A stretch of 64,000 nucleotides of DNA from Candidatus Eiseniibacteriota bacterium. Lineage in GTDB: Bacteria; Eisenbacteria; RBG-16-71-46. Shown piece by piece: positions 45,648-57,365 of this stretch (position 1 is the stretch's first letter; each line of letters opens with the position of its first letter). The notes under the pieces were generated by a model. The model did not search any database and had not been told where the DNA came from. It saw only the letters and a list, made by a program, of their open reading frames with translations. The stretch spans positions 1 through 64,000 of the forward strand of contig JANMQY010000061.1 in assembly GCA_031370785.1 (NCBI GenBank). Reading direction: 5' to 3'. The translations under genes and the position numbers were made by a program.

Positions 45648-46730
45648 TCAGCGCTTGCTGGCGCGCCGATCGGTCGGAGCGAGCTCGCCGATCAGCGCCT
45701 GAATCACCGCGGCACCGGGCAGCGCGAGCAGCGCGCCGGCGGGACCGAGCAGCTTCGCGCCGGCCAGTACGCTCACCGTGACCACGAACGGATGCATCTT
45801 GAGGTAGCGCCCCATCACGCGCGGAGTGATGAACGTTCCGACCACCCAGTTGACCGACACGTAGAGGGTGAGTCCGAGCACCGCGAGGGACGGGCTCACG
45901 CTGATGCCGCTCAGCACGATTGCGGCCGCGGCAATCCCAAACCCGATGTACGGGATCAGCTCGGCGAGCCCGACCAGGATCCCGAGCAGCAGCGCGCCGG
46001 GCAGATGCATCAGCGCGAGCGAGGGGCCGACCGAGATCGCCATCACAACGCACACCACCGCCTGCCCTCGGACGTAGCTGCGCAGCGCGCGGTCCACCGC
46101 ACCCCCCAGCCGCATGACTTCGGCGCGCATGTCTTCGGGAAGGAAACTGAGCGCGCTCTCCTGCACCGCATCGGAGTCCGCCATCAGATAAAAGGCGAGC
46201 AGCGGCACCAGCAGGAAGCCGAAGATCAGTCCGAGGCTGCCGAACAGCCGCCCCATGGCCGCGACGACGATGCCGCCCAGGTTCTGCACCCATCCCGCGG
46301 CGTTCGCGCTCAGGCTGTCGATCACCGGTTCGAGCCAGGGCTGGAGTTGGTGTTCGGCCGCGTAGGCCCTCGTTCCCTGCAGCAGCCGCGCCACGGTATC
46401 GGGCGCGGACGTCGCGAGACGTGAAGCCTCCTCGGCGATTCGCGGGGTCGCAAGCACGATGATCCAGCCCACCAGCCCGACCAGCGCGAGGATCACCAGT
46501 GCGGCCGCGGCGTGGCGCGGGATGGAGCGCCCGCCCTTGAATCGGATGCGCTCGATCGCATTGACCAATGGCAGCAGCGCGTAGGCGAGCAGCACCGAGT
46601 AGCCGACGGTCAGCGCGAGATCGCGCAGCAGCCAGACCGCGATCGCCAGCGCCAGGCCGATCCAGAGAATCGCCGAGCGGGTGCGATTGTCGCTCGCGCG
46701 CCGCCCGGGTTCTCGCTCGCCGACGCTCAC
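45648..46730 (-). CDS. AI-2E (PerM) family transporter
   Basis: LLAYALLPLV, LRSYVRGQ, ELIPYIG, TPRVMGRYLKMHP, GALLALP; start uncertain. Confidence 0.88.
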   Translation of the reverse strand: MSVGEREPGRRASDNRTRSAILWIGLALAIAVWLLRDLALTVGYSVLLAYALLPLVNAIERIRFKGGRSIPRHAAAALVILALVGLVGWIIVLATPRIAEEASRLATSAPDTVARLLQGTRAYAAEHQLQPWLEPVIDSLSANAAGWVQNLGGIVVAAMGRLFGSLGLIFGFLLVPLLAFYLMADSDAVQESALSFLPEDMRAEVMRLGGAVDRALRSYVRGQAVVCVVMAISVGPSLALMHLPGALLLGILVGLAELIPYIGFGIAAAAIVLSGISVSPSLAVLGLTLYVSVNWVVGTFITPRVMGRYLKMHPFVVTVSVLAGAKLLGPAGALLALPGAAVIQALIGELAPTDRRASKR

Positions 46731-46921
46731 AGGCTCCAATCCGCGCGCGCCGCATCGGTCGCGGCCCGCCCCCGAACTTCGAGCGCCGCGGAAACGGCAG
46801 GTGCGGAAACGCTGCGCATGGGATCTCCCTCCATCGAGCAACGGCGAGGCATGAACGCCGTAGGGTATCAGGCTCGCGACCGATTTGCCCGGTCCGTCCG
46901 TGGACGGGTAGGCTCGTTGGA

Positions 46922-47635
46922 ATGAGCAACGATCCCGGTATCGAAGTCATGATTCCGGCCGGCAAGGATTTTCCGGAGACGCCCGCCTACGCGGTGCTTC
47001 CGCCCGGCGCGACCCGCGGGGTGGTCGTCATTCACGAGATTCTGGGCCGGCGGCCAGATATCGATCGCGTGGTGCAGCGCTTCGCGGCCCGAGGCTACGC
47101 GGCGGTCGAGCCCGAGCTGTTCCGCGCTCCTTCGGTGTTCGCGTGCATCCGCCGCACGATGGAGGCGGTGCACACCGGAAAGGGGCCGGTCGTGCATCAG
47201 GCCAGCGCGGTGCGCTCCTGGCTGTGCGAGCAGACCGGGATCGAGGAGCGCAAGGTCGGGATCATCGGCTTCTGCTTTGGCGGAGGCTTCGCGCTCGCGG
47301 TCGGGCGCGGCTGGGGCGCGGTCTCCACCAACTACGGGATGATTCCGATCCGCCGCGAGGTGCTGCGCGGAATGGGACCGACCATCGGCTGCTACGGCGG
47401 ACGTGACCGGCCCATGCGCGGAAGCGGCGCGCGCCTCGAAGCCAGGCTCAAAGCGGTGGGCGTCGAGGTCGAGAGCCACACGTTCGAGGAAGCCGGGCAC
47501 GCATTCCTGACTGACGGGCACCATCCGGTGCTCTCCTATCTCGGTCGCCCGCTCACGCACGTCGAGTACCGCGCCGACATCGCAGAAGAGGCGTGGCGCC
47601 GCATCTTCGCGTTCTTCGACCGTCATCTCGCCTGA
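46922..47635 (+). CDS. Dienelactone hydrolase family protein
   Basis: GVVVIHEILG, IGFCFGG, GGRD, AGHAF. Confidence 0.88.
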   Translation: MSNDPGIEVMIPAGKDFPETPAYAVLPPGATRGVVVIHEILGRRPDIDRVVQRFAARGYAAVEPELFRAPSVFACIRRTMEAVHTGKGPVVHQASAVRSWLCEQTGIEERKVGIIGFCFGGGFALAVGRGWGAVSTNYGMIPIRREVLRGMGPTIGCYGGRDRPMRGSGARLEARLKAVGVEVESHTFEEAGHAFLTDGHHPVLSYLGRPLTHVEYRADIAEEAWRRIFAFFDRHLA

Positions 47636-47731
47636 AGCGTCGCGCCCGTCCCCCTCTCCGGCCGCGCTGGTCACGGTGCCTTCCGTCCTTTCTTGCACCG
47701 GGGCTTGGATTCCTGAATCTTCATTCACCTG

Positions 47732-48376
47732 ATGACGACATCTTCACCCTCACTCGAGTCGCGCGGATCGCTGCGCGCACAGTTCCGTGACTCCGCGCGC
47801 GCCGCGATCCTGGACGCCGCCGAGCGCACCTTCTCGGAGCATGGCCTCGATCACGGGCGCATGGAGCGGATCGCGAAGCAGGCGGGCGTCTCGGTGGGCA
47901 CGCTCTACAACCACTTCGCGGATCGCGAGGCGCTGATCACGGCGCTGATCGAGCAACGCCGCCGGGAGCTGATCGAGCACGTGGACGCGGCGCTCCGAAG
48001 CGCCGAGCAACCGTTCGACTCGCGCCTCGCCGCATTCCTGGAGGCGGTGTTCGCGCACTTCGAGCAGCATCGGAGGTTCCTCGCGATCGTGGCCCAGGGC
48101 GAACAGCCGGGCTCGCGTCTTCTGCTCACGCGCCCGCACACCCCTCCCTCTCCGATCCTGCAGGCCCTGGTCGAGCGGGCGGAGAAGCTCATGGCTCAGG
48201 GCGTGCGGCAGAAGGCCCTGGCCCGCGAGCAGCCGCAACTTCTCGCCGCGATGCTCGTCGGTATGGTGCGCTCGGTGCTGGTTCGCGAGCTGCTCGGCCC
48301 CGCGCCGCGCGGCGGCTCAGCGGATCTCCCCGGGCGGATCCACAGGCTGTTCCTCGAGGGAGCCCGACGCACATGA
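47732..48376 (+). CDS. TetR/AcrR family regulator
   Basis: ILDAAERTF...IAKQAGVSVGTLYNHFADREAL. Confidence 0.92.
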   Translation: MTTSSPSLESRGSLRAQFRDSARAAILDAAERTFSEHGLDHGRMERIAKQAGVSVGTLYNHFADREALITALIEQRRRELIEHVDAALRSAEQPFDSRLAAFLEAVFAHFEQHRRFLAIVAQGEQPGSRLLLTRPHTPPSPILQALVERAEKLMAQGVRQKALAREQPQLLAAMLVGMVRSVLVRELLGPAPRGGSADLPGRIHRLFLEGARRT

Positions 48377-49572
48377 GAGCTGCCACACCATTCGGATCCG
48401 AGAGCGCCACGCCATTTCTTCCCGCCCGCGCGACCCGCCCGGGGATTCCCGTACGTGTGGTCGCGCTGCTCGCGTCCGCAGCGCTCATGACCGGAGGCTG
48501 CGCCGCCCCCACGGCTCGTCGCGAGGTGCGCGTTCCGGTCACCGTCGCCGCGGCGGTTCAGCAGGCGGTGCCGGACGTGATCGAGGCGACCGGCACCGTC
48601 GAGGCCCGCCAGACCGTGGCGATCAATCCGCAGGTCGGCGGTCTCATCACCGCGGTGCGCTTTCGCGAAGGCCAGGAGGTGCGCGCCAACCAGGTGCTGA
48701 TCGAGATCGATCGCCGCCCGTATCGCGCGGCGCTGGAGCAGGCGAACGCGAGCCTCGCGCGCGATCGCGCGCAGTCCGAAACCGCGCGCCTCAACCTGGC
48801 GCGCGCCCAGACTCTGGTCGGAAGCGGCGCGATCTCGCAGCAGGAGTTCGAAACCCAACGCGCTTCGGCCGCCGCGCTCGCTGCCACCGTGCGCGGCGAT
48901 TCGGCCAACGTGCTGCGCGCCGCGCTCGACCTGGACAACTGCACCGTCCGCTCGCCGATCGACGGTCGCACCGGCAGCCTGAACCTCCACCTCGGAAACC
49001 TGGTGAAGGCGAGCGACACCGCCACCCCGGTCGTCACCGTCAATCAGATCCGTCCCATCCTGGTGCGCTTCACTGTGCCCCAGCAGGAGCTGCCGCGCAT
49101 CCTGCGTCACCGGGGAGAACGCCTGGCCGTGAGCGCGAGCAGCTCCGACGACACCACGCTCGCCAGCATCGGCACGCTTTCGTTCATGGACAACGCGGTG
49201 GACGCTTCGAGCGGCACCATCGAGCTCAAGGCCGAGTTCCCCAACCGGGACGGCCGGCTGTGGCCCGGGGAGTTCGTGCGCGTCCGGCTGATTCTCGCGA
49301 CCGATCCGCACGCCATTGTCATTCCGGCGCAGGCAGTCACGCTCGGGCAGGCGGGGGCCTATGTCTACGTGGTGAATCCCGACACCACCGTGGCCTCGCG
49401 AACCGTCACCGTCGCGCGCAACAGCGGCTCGATGACCGTGATTCGCGCCGGCCTCGCGCCGGGCGAGCGCGTCGTGGTCGACGGCCAGCTTCGCCTGTCG
49501 CCCGGCGCGAAGATCACGATCAAGCCCGCGCCTCAGCCCAGCGCCGGTGAGAGCGTGGGGTCGCGACCGTGA
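48373..49572 (+). CDS. RND efflux periplasmic adaptor subunit (MdtA-like)
   Basis: Lipoprotein-like N-terminus, [19 protein letters not shown]. Confidence 0.92.
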   Translation: MRAATPFGSESATPFLPARATRPGIPVRVVALLASAALMTGGCAAPTARREVRVPVTVAAAVQQAVPDVIEATGTVEARQTVAINPQVGGLITAVRFREGQEVRANQVLIEIDRRPYRAALEQANASLARDRAQSETARLNLARAQTLVGSGAISQQEFETQRASAAALAATVRGDSANVLRAALDLDNCTVRSPIDGRTGSLNLHLGNLVKASDTATPVVTVNQIRPILVRFTVPQQELPRILRHRGERLAVSASSSDDTTLASIGTLSFMDNAVDASSGTIELKAEFPNRDGRLWPGEFVRVRLILATDPHAIVIPAQAVTLGQAGAYVYVVNPDTTVASRTVTVARNSGSMTVIRAGLAPGERVVVDGQLRLSPGAKITIKPAPQPSAGESVGSRP

Positions 49573-52500
49573 ATCTGTCCGAGCTCTTCATCCGCCGTCC
49601 GATCATGACCACCCTGGTCATGATCGGAATCGTGCTGGTCGGACTGCTTGGCTATCGCACGCTGCCGGTCAGCGACCTGCCCAACGTCGACTACCCGGTG
49701 ATCAGCGTCAGCGCGAACCTCGCGGGTGCGAGCCCCGAGACCATGGCCTCCGCGGTCGCGACCCCGCTCGAGAAGGCGTTCTCGACCATCGCGGGCCTCG
49801 ACGCGATGACCTCGACCAGCGGACTCGGGAGTACCAACATCACGATGCAGTTCGCGCTGGATCGCAGCATCGATGCGGCCGCACAGGACGTGCAGGCCGC
49901 GATCGCGAAGACCCTGCGCCAACTGCCCTCGGGAATCATTCCGCCCTCCTACCAGAAGGTGAACCCCGCCGACTCGCCGATCCTGTTCCTCGCGCTCACC
50001 TCCGACCAGCTGCCACTTTCCACCCTCGACGAGTACGCGCAGAGCTTCCTCGCGCAGCGCATCTCGACGGTCAAGGGCGTCGCCCAGGTGAGCGTGTTCG
50101 GATCACAGAAGTACGCGGTACGGGTCCAGCTCGACCCGCAGGCGCTGGCGGCGCGCGGGGTGGGCATCGACCAGGTGGCCGACGCCATCAACGGCGCGAA
50201 CGTGAACCTGCCGACCGGCGTGCTGACCGGGCCCGACAAGACGCTCACCGTCCGCGCCAACGGCCAGCTGACCAGCGCCTCCCAGTTCCGCTCGCTGGTG
50301 GTGACCACCCACGGTGGTGCTCCGGTGCGGCTCGGCGACCTGGGACGCGTGCTCGACGACGTGCAGGACAACAAGACCGCGAGCTGGTACCGGGACAAGC
50401 GCGCGATCGTGCTCGCGATCCAGCGCCAGCCCGGCACCAATACCGTCGAGGTCGCGAACGGTGTGCAGGCTCTGCTGGGACGCCTGCGCGCGCAGCTGCC
50501 CAATTCGGTTCATGTCGAGACCCTGTTCGACCGCTCGATCTCGATCCGCCAGTCGGTGAACGATGTGCAGTTCACGCTGCTGCTGACGCTGTGCCTGGTG
50601 GTGCTGGTGATCTTCCTGTTCCTGCGCAACATCACGGCCACCGTGATCCCGAGCCTCGCGCTGCCGCTGTCGCTGATCGGCACGTTCGCGGTGATGTCCC
50701 GGCTCGGCTACAGCATCGACAACCTGTCGCTCATGGCGCTCACGCTCTCGGTCGGCTTCGTGGTGGACGATGCGATCGTCATGCTCGAGAACATCGTCCG
50801 GCATCGCGAGATGGGCAAGTCGCCGCTCCAGGCGGCGCTCGACGGATCGCGCGAGATCAGCTTCACCATCCTGTCGATGACGCTGTCGCTCACCGCCGTG
50901 TTCATCCCGGTGCTGTTCATGGGCGGATTGCTCGGGCGTCTGTTTCACGAGTTCGCGGTGACCATCAGCGCCGCGATCCTGGTGTCGGGCTTCGTCTCGC
51001 TCACGTTGACGCCGATGCTGTGCAGCCGCTTCCTCAAGCACGAGCACGGCACGCAACATGGGCGCCTGTACCAGGTGTTCGAGTCGGGCTTCAACCGCAC
51101 GCTCCACGCCTACCAGCGCAGCCTCGCATGGGTCATGGAGCGCCGCCCGCTCGCGCTGTGGTTCTCGCTTGCGATCCTGGTCGCGACCGTGGTGCTGTTC
51201 AAGATCGTGCCCACCGGCTTCATCCCCAACGAGGACACCGGCCAGATCCAGGGGACCACCGAGACCGCCGAAGGCACGGCCTTCGAAGCGATGCGCGCAC
51301 ACCAGAAACAGATCGCCGACATCATCCTCGCCGACCACGACGTCGCCGGCTTCATGTCATCGGTCGGCGCCGGCGGACCGTCCGGCGCAAGCAACCAGGG
51401 GCGCCTCTTCATCCGGCTCAAGCCGCGCTCGCAACGCCGCCCGGTCGACGAGGTGATCCGCCGCCTGCAGTCCAAGCTCGTCACGGTGCCCGGCATCCGG
51501 GTATACCTGCAGAACCCGCCGGTGATCCGCGTCGGAGGACGGGTCGCGAAGAGCCTGTATCAGTTCACGCTGCAGAGCACCGACGTGGCCGCGCTCTATC
51601 CTGCGGCGCAGCAGCTGGAGGCCCGGCTGCGCACCCTTCCCGAGCTGGAGGACGTGACCAGCGACCTGCAGATCCGCAATCCGCAGGTCAACCTGAAGAT
51701 CGACCGCGACCGCGCCTCGGCGCTGGGCGTCTCGAGCCAGCAGATCGAGGAGGCACTGTACAACGCGTTCGGCTCGCGACAGGTCTCGACCATCTACACG
51801 CCGGACAATCAGTACTGGGTGATCCTCGAACTGCTGCCCGAGCGTCAGCGCGACGTGACCGCGCTCCAGCAGCTGCACATCCGTGGCACGGGCGGCGATC
51901 TGGTGCCGCTCGGTGCGGTGGCCACGATGACGCCGGGACTCGGGCCCTTGAGCGTGAATCACTCGGGGCAGGTGCCGTGCGTGACCCTGTCGTTCAATCT
52001 CAAGCCCGGTGTCGCGCTCGGCAACGGGGTCGATCTGGTGGAGCGCACGGCGCGCGAGGTGCTGCCTTCGAGCGTCATCACCAACTTCTCCGGCACCGCG
52101 CAGGCGTTCCAGGACAGCCAGCGCGGCCTGCTGTTCCTGCTGCTGGTCGCCGTGCTCGTCATTTACCTCGTGCTCGGCATGCTGTACGAGAGCTTCATCC
52201 ACCCGCTCACGATTCTCTCGGGCCTACCGTTCGCGGGATTCGGCGCGCTGATCACGCTGTGGCTGTGCCGCACCGAGCTCAACGTGTACGCATTCGTCGG
52301 GGTGATCATGCTGATCGGGCTGGTCAAGAAGAACGCGATCATGATGATCGACTTTGCGCTCGAAGCGGAGCGCAGGGAAGGCAAGACCGCGCGCGACGCG
52401 ATCCTCGAGGCGTGCAGCGTGCGATTCCGCCCGATCATGATGACGACCATGGCCGCCCTCATGGGAACGCTCCCGATCGCCCTCGGGGTCGGAGCGGGCT

Positions 52501-52733
52501 CCGAGTCACGCCGCCCGCTCGGCATCGCAGTGGTCGGAGGGCTGGCGTTTTCGCAGATCATCACGCTCTACATCACGCCGGTGATCTACACCTACCTCGA
52601 CTCGTTCCAGAAGTGGATGGCGCGGCGCGCTGCGGCACGAACCCGGCGCGCCCCGGCGGCGACGCCGCTTTCCGGCGATCGACCCGGCGCCGCCGCACGC
52701 GAGAGCGAGGCGGTCTCGGGCGCCAGGGGCTAG
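49569..52733 (+). CDS. RND efflux transporter permease (MdtB/MdtC-like)
   Basis: [47 protein letters not shown]. Confidence 0.95.
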   Translation: MNLSELFIRRPIMTTLVMIGIVLVGLLGYRTLPVSDLPNVDYPVISVSANLAGASPETMASAVATPLEKAFSTIAGLDAMTSTSGLGSTNITMQFALDRSIDAAAQDVQAAIAKTLRQLPSGIIPPSYQKVNPADSPILFLALTSDQLPLSTLDEYAQSFLAQRISTVKGVAQVSVFGSQKYAVRVQLDPQALAARGVGIDQVADAINGANVNLPTGVLTGPDKTLTVRANGQLTSASQFRSLVVTTHGGAPVRLGDLGRVLDDVQDNKTASWYRDKRAIVLAIQRQPGTNTVEVANGVQALLGRLRAQLPNSVHVETLFDRSISIRQSVNDVQFTLLLTLCLVVLVIFLFLRNITATVIPSLALPLSLIGTFAVMSRLGYSIDNLSLMALTLSVGFVVDDAIVMLENIVRHREMGKSPLQAALDGSREISFTILSMTLSLTAVFIPVLFMGGLLGRLFHEFAVTISAAILVSGFVSLTLTPMLCSRFLKHEHGTQHGRLYQVFESGFNRTLHAYQRSLAWVMERRPLALWFSLAILVATVVLFKIVPTGFIPNEDTGQIQGTTETAEGTAFEAMRAHQKQIADIILADHDVAGFMSSVGAGGPSGASNQGRLFIRLKPRSQRRPVDEVIRRLQSKLVTVPGIRVYLQNPPVIRVGGRVAKSLYQFTLQSTDVAALYPAAQQLEARLRTLPELEDVTSDLQIRNPQVNLKIDRDRASALGVSSQQIEEALYNAFGSRQVSTIYTPDNQYWVILELLPERQRDVTALQQLHIRGTGGDLVPLGAVATMTPGLGPLSVNHSGQVPCVTLSFNLKPGVALGNGVDLVERTAREVLPSSVITNFSGTAQAFQDSQRGLLFLLLVAVLVIYLVLGMLYESFIHPLTILSGLPFAGFGALITLWLCRTELNVYAFVGVIMLIGLVKKNAIMMIDFALEAERREGKTARDAILEACSVRFRPIMMTTMAALMGTLPIALGVGAGSESRRPLGIAVVGGLAFSQIITLYITPVIYTYLDSFQKWMARRAAARTRRAPAATPLSGDRPGAAARESEAVSGARG

Positions 52734-52770
52734 GAGCGGCAGGAGACGCGTTCAGGGCCTCCCTCGACTT

Positions 52771-52989
52771 CTAGCGCACGTCCTCGCCGTTCAGGTCGCT
52801 CGGGCCCTCTCCCATGCCCTCGAGCGGACTGTCCAGCCCTTCGTGATCCTCGGCCTCGGCCTGAGCCTCGGCTCCGCCGGTCTTTGCGTGCTTCTTCGCA
52901 CGGCGCGCCTCGCGCTTCTCGTTGGCACGGGCCAGGCGCTGCTGTTCCTTCTGACGCTTGAGGAATGACGGTCTCTTGCTTGCTGCCAT
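52771..52989 (-). CDS. Small basic-then-acidic hypothetical protein
   Basis: GAGGAG RBS; MAASKRPSFLKRQKEQQRLARANEKREARR. Confidence 0.65.
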   Translation of the reverse strand: MAASKRPSFLKRQKEQQRLARANEKREARRAKKHAKTGGAEAQAEAEDHEGLDSPLEGMGEGPSDLNGEDVR

Positions 52990-53237
52990 GGGAACTCCTC
53001 TCAGGGGCCTCCGCCTCGTCGACAGGAATGACGGGGTCGGGTGACGAACGTCTGGAATGCGACGTGCGCATCATCGCAGAGTTCGCGCCGATTTGCAGGG
53101 ATTTCGCGGAACGAGATGGCAGCGCTCTGGTTCGCGCCTCCGAGCGCGCGATCTCACTCGACCGGGCGGGAGGTGCGGGAATGGCGGAAAAGCGCCGCGC
53201 AAACCTGTATTCTGCCGCCACCGAGAGGAGGCTGCCT

Positions 53238-54383
53238 TTGAGTTCAGGGGTCCGGGGGATGCGGCTGGTCGGAGTTTCGGCCTACGCTCCTCAACAGGTG
53301 TGGAGCAATGCTCGAGTCGCCGCGCGCCTTCGGCTCGAACGCATGCGCACCAGCGCCCGGATGCGTCAGGCGGGTAGCAGGACACTGACCTCCGAGGAAA
53401 CCAAGCTGTTCCAGACCAGCGATCGCTGGGTGCGCCGCTTCATCGGTTTCGAGGAGCGGCATTTCTCGTGCGACGGCGAGGGAACCGTCGATCTGGCGAC
53501 GCACGCCGCCCGGCAGCTGCTCGAACGCTCGGGCCACGGTCCTTCCGACATCGATGCGATCGTGTTCGGCAGCGTCACTCCCTCCTATCTCTACAGTCCT
53601 CCCGATGCCGCGCTGCTCCAGCACGCGCTCGGCATTCCGGTGTGGCAGGGGCCAGCCCCCCGCGAGATCAAGGGCGTCGACGTCTCGCTGGCGTGCAGCA
53701 GCTGGGTCGCATCGCTCATGCTGTGCTACGCGCTGATCCGCTCCGGCATGGCGCAGAGCGTCCTGCTGATCGGCGCCGACCGGATGAGCGCCGCGATCAA
53801 CTGGCGCGATCGCAGCTTCGCGACCGTGCTCGGAGATGCGGGCACCGCCACCCTGTGCGTGGCGGTCCCCGAAGCCGAAGACTGGTTCGCGCCCTCTCGG
53901 TTCTGGAGCTGGCTGGATGGCGGGCACGCCGGCATCATCCTCACGCCCGAGGGAGGATCGCGTCATCCCTCGCCCAGCGGCGATGTCACCTCCGGAAGGA
54001 ACCGGCTGGCGATGGACGGCGCCGCGGTGCGCCAGATCCTGGTTCCGTTCATGGGCGGTCCCGCCGTGGACGCGGCGCTGGCCAAGGCCGGGATGCGGCT
54101 CGATGAACTCGATTTCGTCACGCTGCATGAGGCCAATCTGGTACTCAACGCCTCGATCATTGAGAAATGGCGGGCGCGTGGTTTCCGCGGGCGGGTGCTC
54201 GATGCCGGTGGACGCTTCGGCAACACCACCAGCGCCTCGATCCCGCTGGCGCTGGCCATGAATCCCGACGAGCTGACCGTGGGCCGGAAATTCGGCCTGT
54301 TCGGCTTCGGCGGCGGCCTCTCCGCCAGCTTCGCGTTCGGCACACTGCGACATCCGCTCCCGGCCTGGACCAACCAGGCCTGA
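53238..54383 (+). CDS. 3-oxoacyl-ACP synthase III (FabH-like)
   Basis: DVSLACSS, TVLGDAG, TLHEAN, FGNTTSASIPLAL, FGGGLS; GAGGAGG before TTG 53238. Confidence 0.85.
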   Translation: MSSGVRGMRLVGVSAYAPQQVWSNARVAARLRLERMRTSARMRQAGSRTLTSEETKLFQTSDRWVRRFIGFEERHFSCDGEGTVDLATHAARQLLERSGHGPSDIDAIVFGSVTPSYLYSPPDAALLQHALGIPVWQGPAPREIKGVDVSLACSSWVASLMLCYALIRSGMAQSVLLIGADRMSAAINWRDRSFATVLGDAGTATLCVAVPEAEDWFAPSRFWSWLDGGHAGIILTPEGGSRHPSPSGDVTSGRNRLAMDGAAVRQILVPFMGGPAVDAALAKAGMRLDELDFVTLHEANLVLNASIIEKWRARGFRGRVLDAGGRFGNTTSASIPLALAMNPDELTVGRKFGLFGFGGGLSASFAFGTLRHPLPAWTNQA

Positions 54384-54447
54384 GCCGCGTTTCGAGCGCG
54401 CCGCGCCGATTGTCCGTGCCCGGCAGGCATGCCGTATCCTCGCGCCC

Positions 54448-55614
54448 ATGTCCCTGACCCGGCCCGAAACGCTGGTGGACGACATGATCGCGCCCGAGCC
54501 GCGGGTGGACGCCGAAGCGGTGGTGTATCGCCTCTACGACGTCGGCTACGAGATCCGTCTCGAGCAGGCGTTCCATCTGCTGGCTTCCAGCACACCGGAG
54601 CGCCCGCGCCCGGTGCGCGGTGAAGCACAGGCCATCCAGATCCCGAACCCGCCGGTGACGGTCGGACTGGGCGTCGAGACCGTGAAACTCGCCGGGGAAT
54701 CGCGCGAGGTGGAGCTCTCGGCGCGGCTCTTCGACTTCGGCGTGGTCTCGCTGCGCGCGCGACTGGTCGCACCGCCCGGCCTGGCCTGGAGCGAGTTTGC
54801 GGCGTTCGGCGCCGCGATCGGCGCCGCTCAGTTCTGGGGAGAGATGTTCGCCCGGGTGCGCGAACGCCTGCTCGCCCGCATCGCTCCCGCGATCGAGAAG
54901 TCGGGCGAGGCGCCGGTCGTCGAGGACTACGTCGTGTTCCGCGTCAATCGGCTGGAGGACGGCGCGGCGGCCGGCACGGGCCCGCGCGCGCGACTCTCGC
55001 CCGATGCGCTGCGCGACGAGGACGTGGCCCGGCTGCTGCTCGGCGAGTTGCGTCCGCTCTCGGGCGCCACCCGCCGCGAGCTCCTCTCGCAGCGCTTTTC
55101 CTACTTCGAAGACGATCTGACGGTGCTCACCTGGAACTCCGCGCTCATCATCGAGCCAGTCCACGAGGACGCCGACATCCAGTACGTGCTCGAGTTCGCG
55201 AACGCGCAGCTCCTCGAGCTGCGCTTCTACGACGCCCGGCTCGACGCCGAGATTCCGAAGATCTACGACCGCATCGAAGAGGCGCGGCAGGGCTTTCAAC
55301 TGCTCGGGCGCGGCTTCAACCGGCTGCTCGCGGTGCTCCAGACCCGGGTCGCGGACGCGACCGAGCTGGTGGAGCGCGTCGAGAACTCGCTCAAAGTGAC
55401 CGACGACGTCTTCCTGGCCCGCATCTACTCGGCGGCGCTCGAGATCTTTCGCGGACGCACCTGGCGCAGCGGCATCGACCGGAAGATCGCGATCCTGCGC
55501 GAGACCTACGGCATGCTCAACGCCGAGTCGCAGGCGCGCCGCTCCGAGGTGCTGGAGATCATCATCGTCGCCCTGATCGTGATCGAGATCGCGCTCGCCT
55601 TACTGAAGCATTGA
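54448..55614 (+). CDS. Conserved hypothetical protein, RMD1/DUF155-like with C-terminal TM
   Basis: RLFDFGVVS, LEFANAQLLELRFYD, RSEVLEIIIVALIVIEI. Confidence 0.6.
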   Translation: MSLTRPETLVDDMIAPEPRVDAEAVVYRLYDVGYEIRLEQAFHLLASSTPERPRPVRGEAQAIQIPNPPVTVGLGVETVKLAGESREVELSARLFDFGVVSLRARLVAPPGLAWSEFAAFGAAIGAAQFWGEMFARVRERLLARIAPAIEKSGEAPVVEDYVVFRVNRLEDGAAAGTGPRARLSPDALRDEDVARLLLGELRPLSGATRRELLSQRFSYFEDDLTVLTWNSALIIEPVHEDADIQYVLEFANAQLLELRFYDARLDAEIPKIYDRIEEARQGFQLLGRGFNRLLAVLQTRVADATELVERVENSLKVTDDVFLARIYSAALEIFRGRTWRSGIDRKIAILRETYGMLNAESQARRSEVLEIIIVALIVIEIALALLKH

Positions 55615-55620
55615 GCGACG

Positions 55621-55822
55621 ATGCCGATCCGAGATCACATCCTTCCCGGGCTCGATCACGAGATGGCCGGCACCCGCCGCTCGCTGGAGCGCGTCCCGGA
55701 GGACCGGCTGGCGTGGAAGCCGCACGAGAAGTCGGGCTGGGCTGGCTGGCCACGCACCTGGCGCGGCTGCCGCACTGGGCGGTCCAGGCCTTCACCCGGG
55801 ATTCCATCGACATCGCGGATAG
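55621..55822 (+). pseudogene. DinB-family pseudogene fragment
   Basis: EMAGTRRSLERVPEDRLAWKPHEKS, then frameshift to LGWLATHLARLPHW, then truncated by msrA. Confidence 0.7.
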
Positions 55823-55836
55823 AGGCCGGCGCCGAG

Positions 55837-56412
55837 TCAGGCGCGGCCGGGGCGGCTCTCTGCGCCGGCGCCGGCGAGTCGCGCCGCGTACTTCGCGCGC
55901 AGCTTCGTGAGCTTGGGCGCGATCATCGCGCGGCAGTAGGCCTGTTCCGGATTCCGGCGGTAGTAGCCCTGGTGGTACTCCTCGCCGGGATGGAACGCCT
56001 CGAGCGGCGCGAGCTCGGTCACGATCGGCGCACCGAACACGCCAGAGGAGCCCAGCTCGGACAGGACCTGCTCGGCGGTCGCCTTCTGAGCGCTCGAATC
56101 ATGGAAGATCACCGAGCGGTACTGGGTGCCGGTGTCCGGCCCCTGCCGGTTGAGCGTGGTCGGATCGTGGAACGCGAAGAAGATCTCGAGCAGATCTCGA
56201 TACGAGATCACCGCCGGATCGAACGTCACCTGCACCACCTCCGCGTGCCCGGTCCGTCCGCTGCAAACTTCCTCGTAGGTCGGCCGCTGCCCGCGCCCGC
56301 CCGCGTAACCCGACACCACCTTCTGTACGCCGGCCAGCGGCTCGAACACCGCCTCGAGACACCAGAAGCACCCGCCGCCCAGCGTGGCGGTCTCGGTTGA
56401 ATGCGGTTCCAT
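55837..56412 (-). CDS. msrA: Peptide-methionine (S)-S-oxide reductase
   Basis: GGGCFWCLE, TGHAEVVQV, HDPTTLNRQGPDTGTQYRS, EEYHQGY. Confidence 0.96.
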   Translation of the reverse strand: MEPHSTETATLGGGCFWCLEAVFEPLAGVQKVVSGYAGGRGQRPTYEEVCSGRTGHAEVVQVTFDPAVISYRDLLEIFFAFHDPTTLNRQGPDTGTQYRSVIFHDSSAQKATAEQVLSELGSSGVFGAPIVTELAPLEAFHPGEEYHQGYYRRNPEQAYCRAMIAPKLTKLRAKYAARLAGAGAESRPGRA

Positions 56413-56477
56413 GTTCTTCTCCGATGGTGAATGGCTAGAGGGCTCAGCAGCGGGCACCCCGGTCTCATGCGCACGGT

Positions 56478-57365
56478 TCAGCGAGCGTCCTCGGCGCTCG
56501 TCAACCGAACCACGTTCTGAAATGGATCGCGGGTCTCGAAGCCGTCTTCGACCCGCGCTGCGGAGAAACCCGCGGCCTCGAGCCGGGCGACGGTGCGTTC
56601 GAGTCCCTCGCGTTTCGGCAGGTGCACCTCGAAGCTGTGAAGCCCTGCGGCTCCTGCCGGCGGAACCGGCGCGCCCTCTCCGGCCCAGGTGTTGAGCCCG
56701 ACATGATGGTGGTATCCACCCGCCGAGACGAACAACGCCGACTTTCCGGCGCGCATCATCACGTCGAACCCGAGCGCGCCGACGTAGAAACGTTCGGCCT
56801 CGCCCAGGTGTGACACGGTCAGGTGCACGTGGCCGAGGTCGGTCCCTTTCGCGAGCCCGCTCCACGCTCCATCGTCCGCTCCGGGCTCGGCGAGCAGGCC
56901 GGCCAGATCGAGCGCCTCCGTGGTCATGAGCGCCTTGCCACCCTTCGCAGCCCATTGCTCGCGCGGTCGATCGCGATAGATCTCGATCCCGTTGCCTTCC
57001 ATGTCGGACAGATAGAGCGCCTCGCTCACCGAATGGTCCGCGGCACCATCGAGCGGAGTTCCGGTTTCGATCAGCCGCGCCAGCGAGCGGGCCAGGTCAC
57101 GGCGGGACGGCACGCGCACCGCGAAGTGATAGAGCCCCGTCGTCCCGCGGGCACGCGGCGCCTCGCGGCTCTCCCGCAGTACCAGCAGCTCGCGACCGTC
57201 GACGCCGAGCCGCGCCACGCCGGGGCCTCGCGCCAGCACCCGGAAGCCGAGTCGGGATTCGTAGAAGGCCACCGCACGGCCCAGGTCACGAACGGTGAGG
57301 TGAACCGACCCGAGAGCCGTGGCCGGGTCGATCGAGGTTCGGACCTTCTCAGCGTCCAGCCGCAT
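56478..57365 (-). CDS. VOC family protein (CatE-like, two glyoxalase domains)
   Basis: GLYHFA, DHSVSEALYLSDMEGNGIEIYRDRP, GHVHL, GGYHHHVGLNTW. Confidence 0.9.
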   Translation of the reverse strand: MRLDAEKVRTSIDPATALGSVHLTVRDLGRAVAFYESRLGFRVLARGPGVARLGVDGRELLVLRESREAPRARGTTGLYHFAVRVPSRRDLARSLARLIETGTPLDGAADHSVSEALYLSDMEGNGIEIYRDRPREQWAAKGGKALMTTEALDLAGLLAEPGADDGAWSGLAKGTDLGHVHLTVSHLGEAERFYVGALGFDVMMRAGKSALFVSAGGYHHHVGLNTWAGEGAPVPPAGAAGLHSFEVHLPKREGLERTVARLEAAGFSAARVEDGFETRDPFQNVVRLTSAEDAR

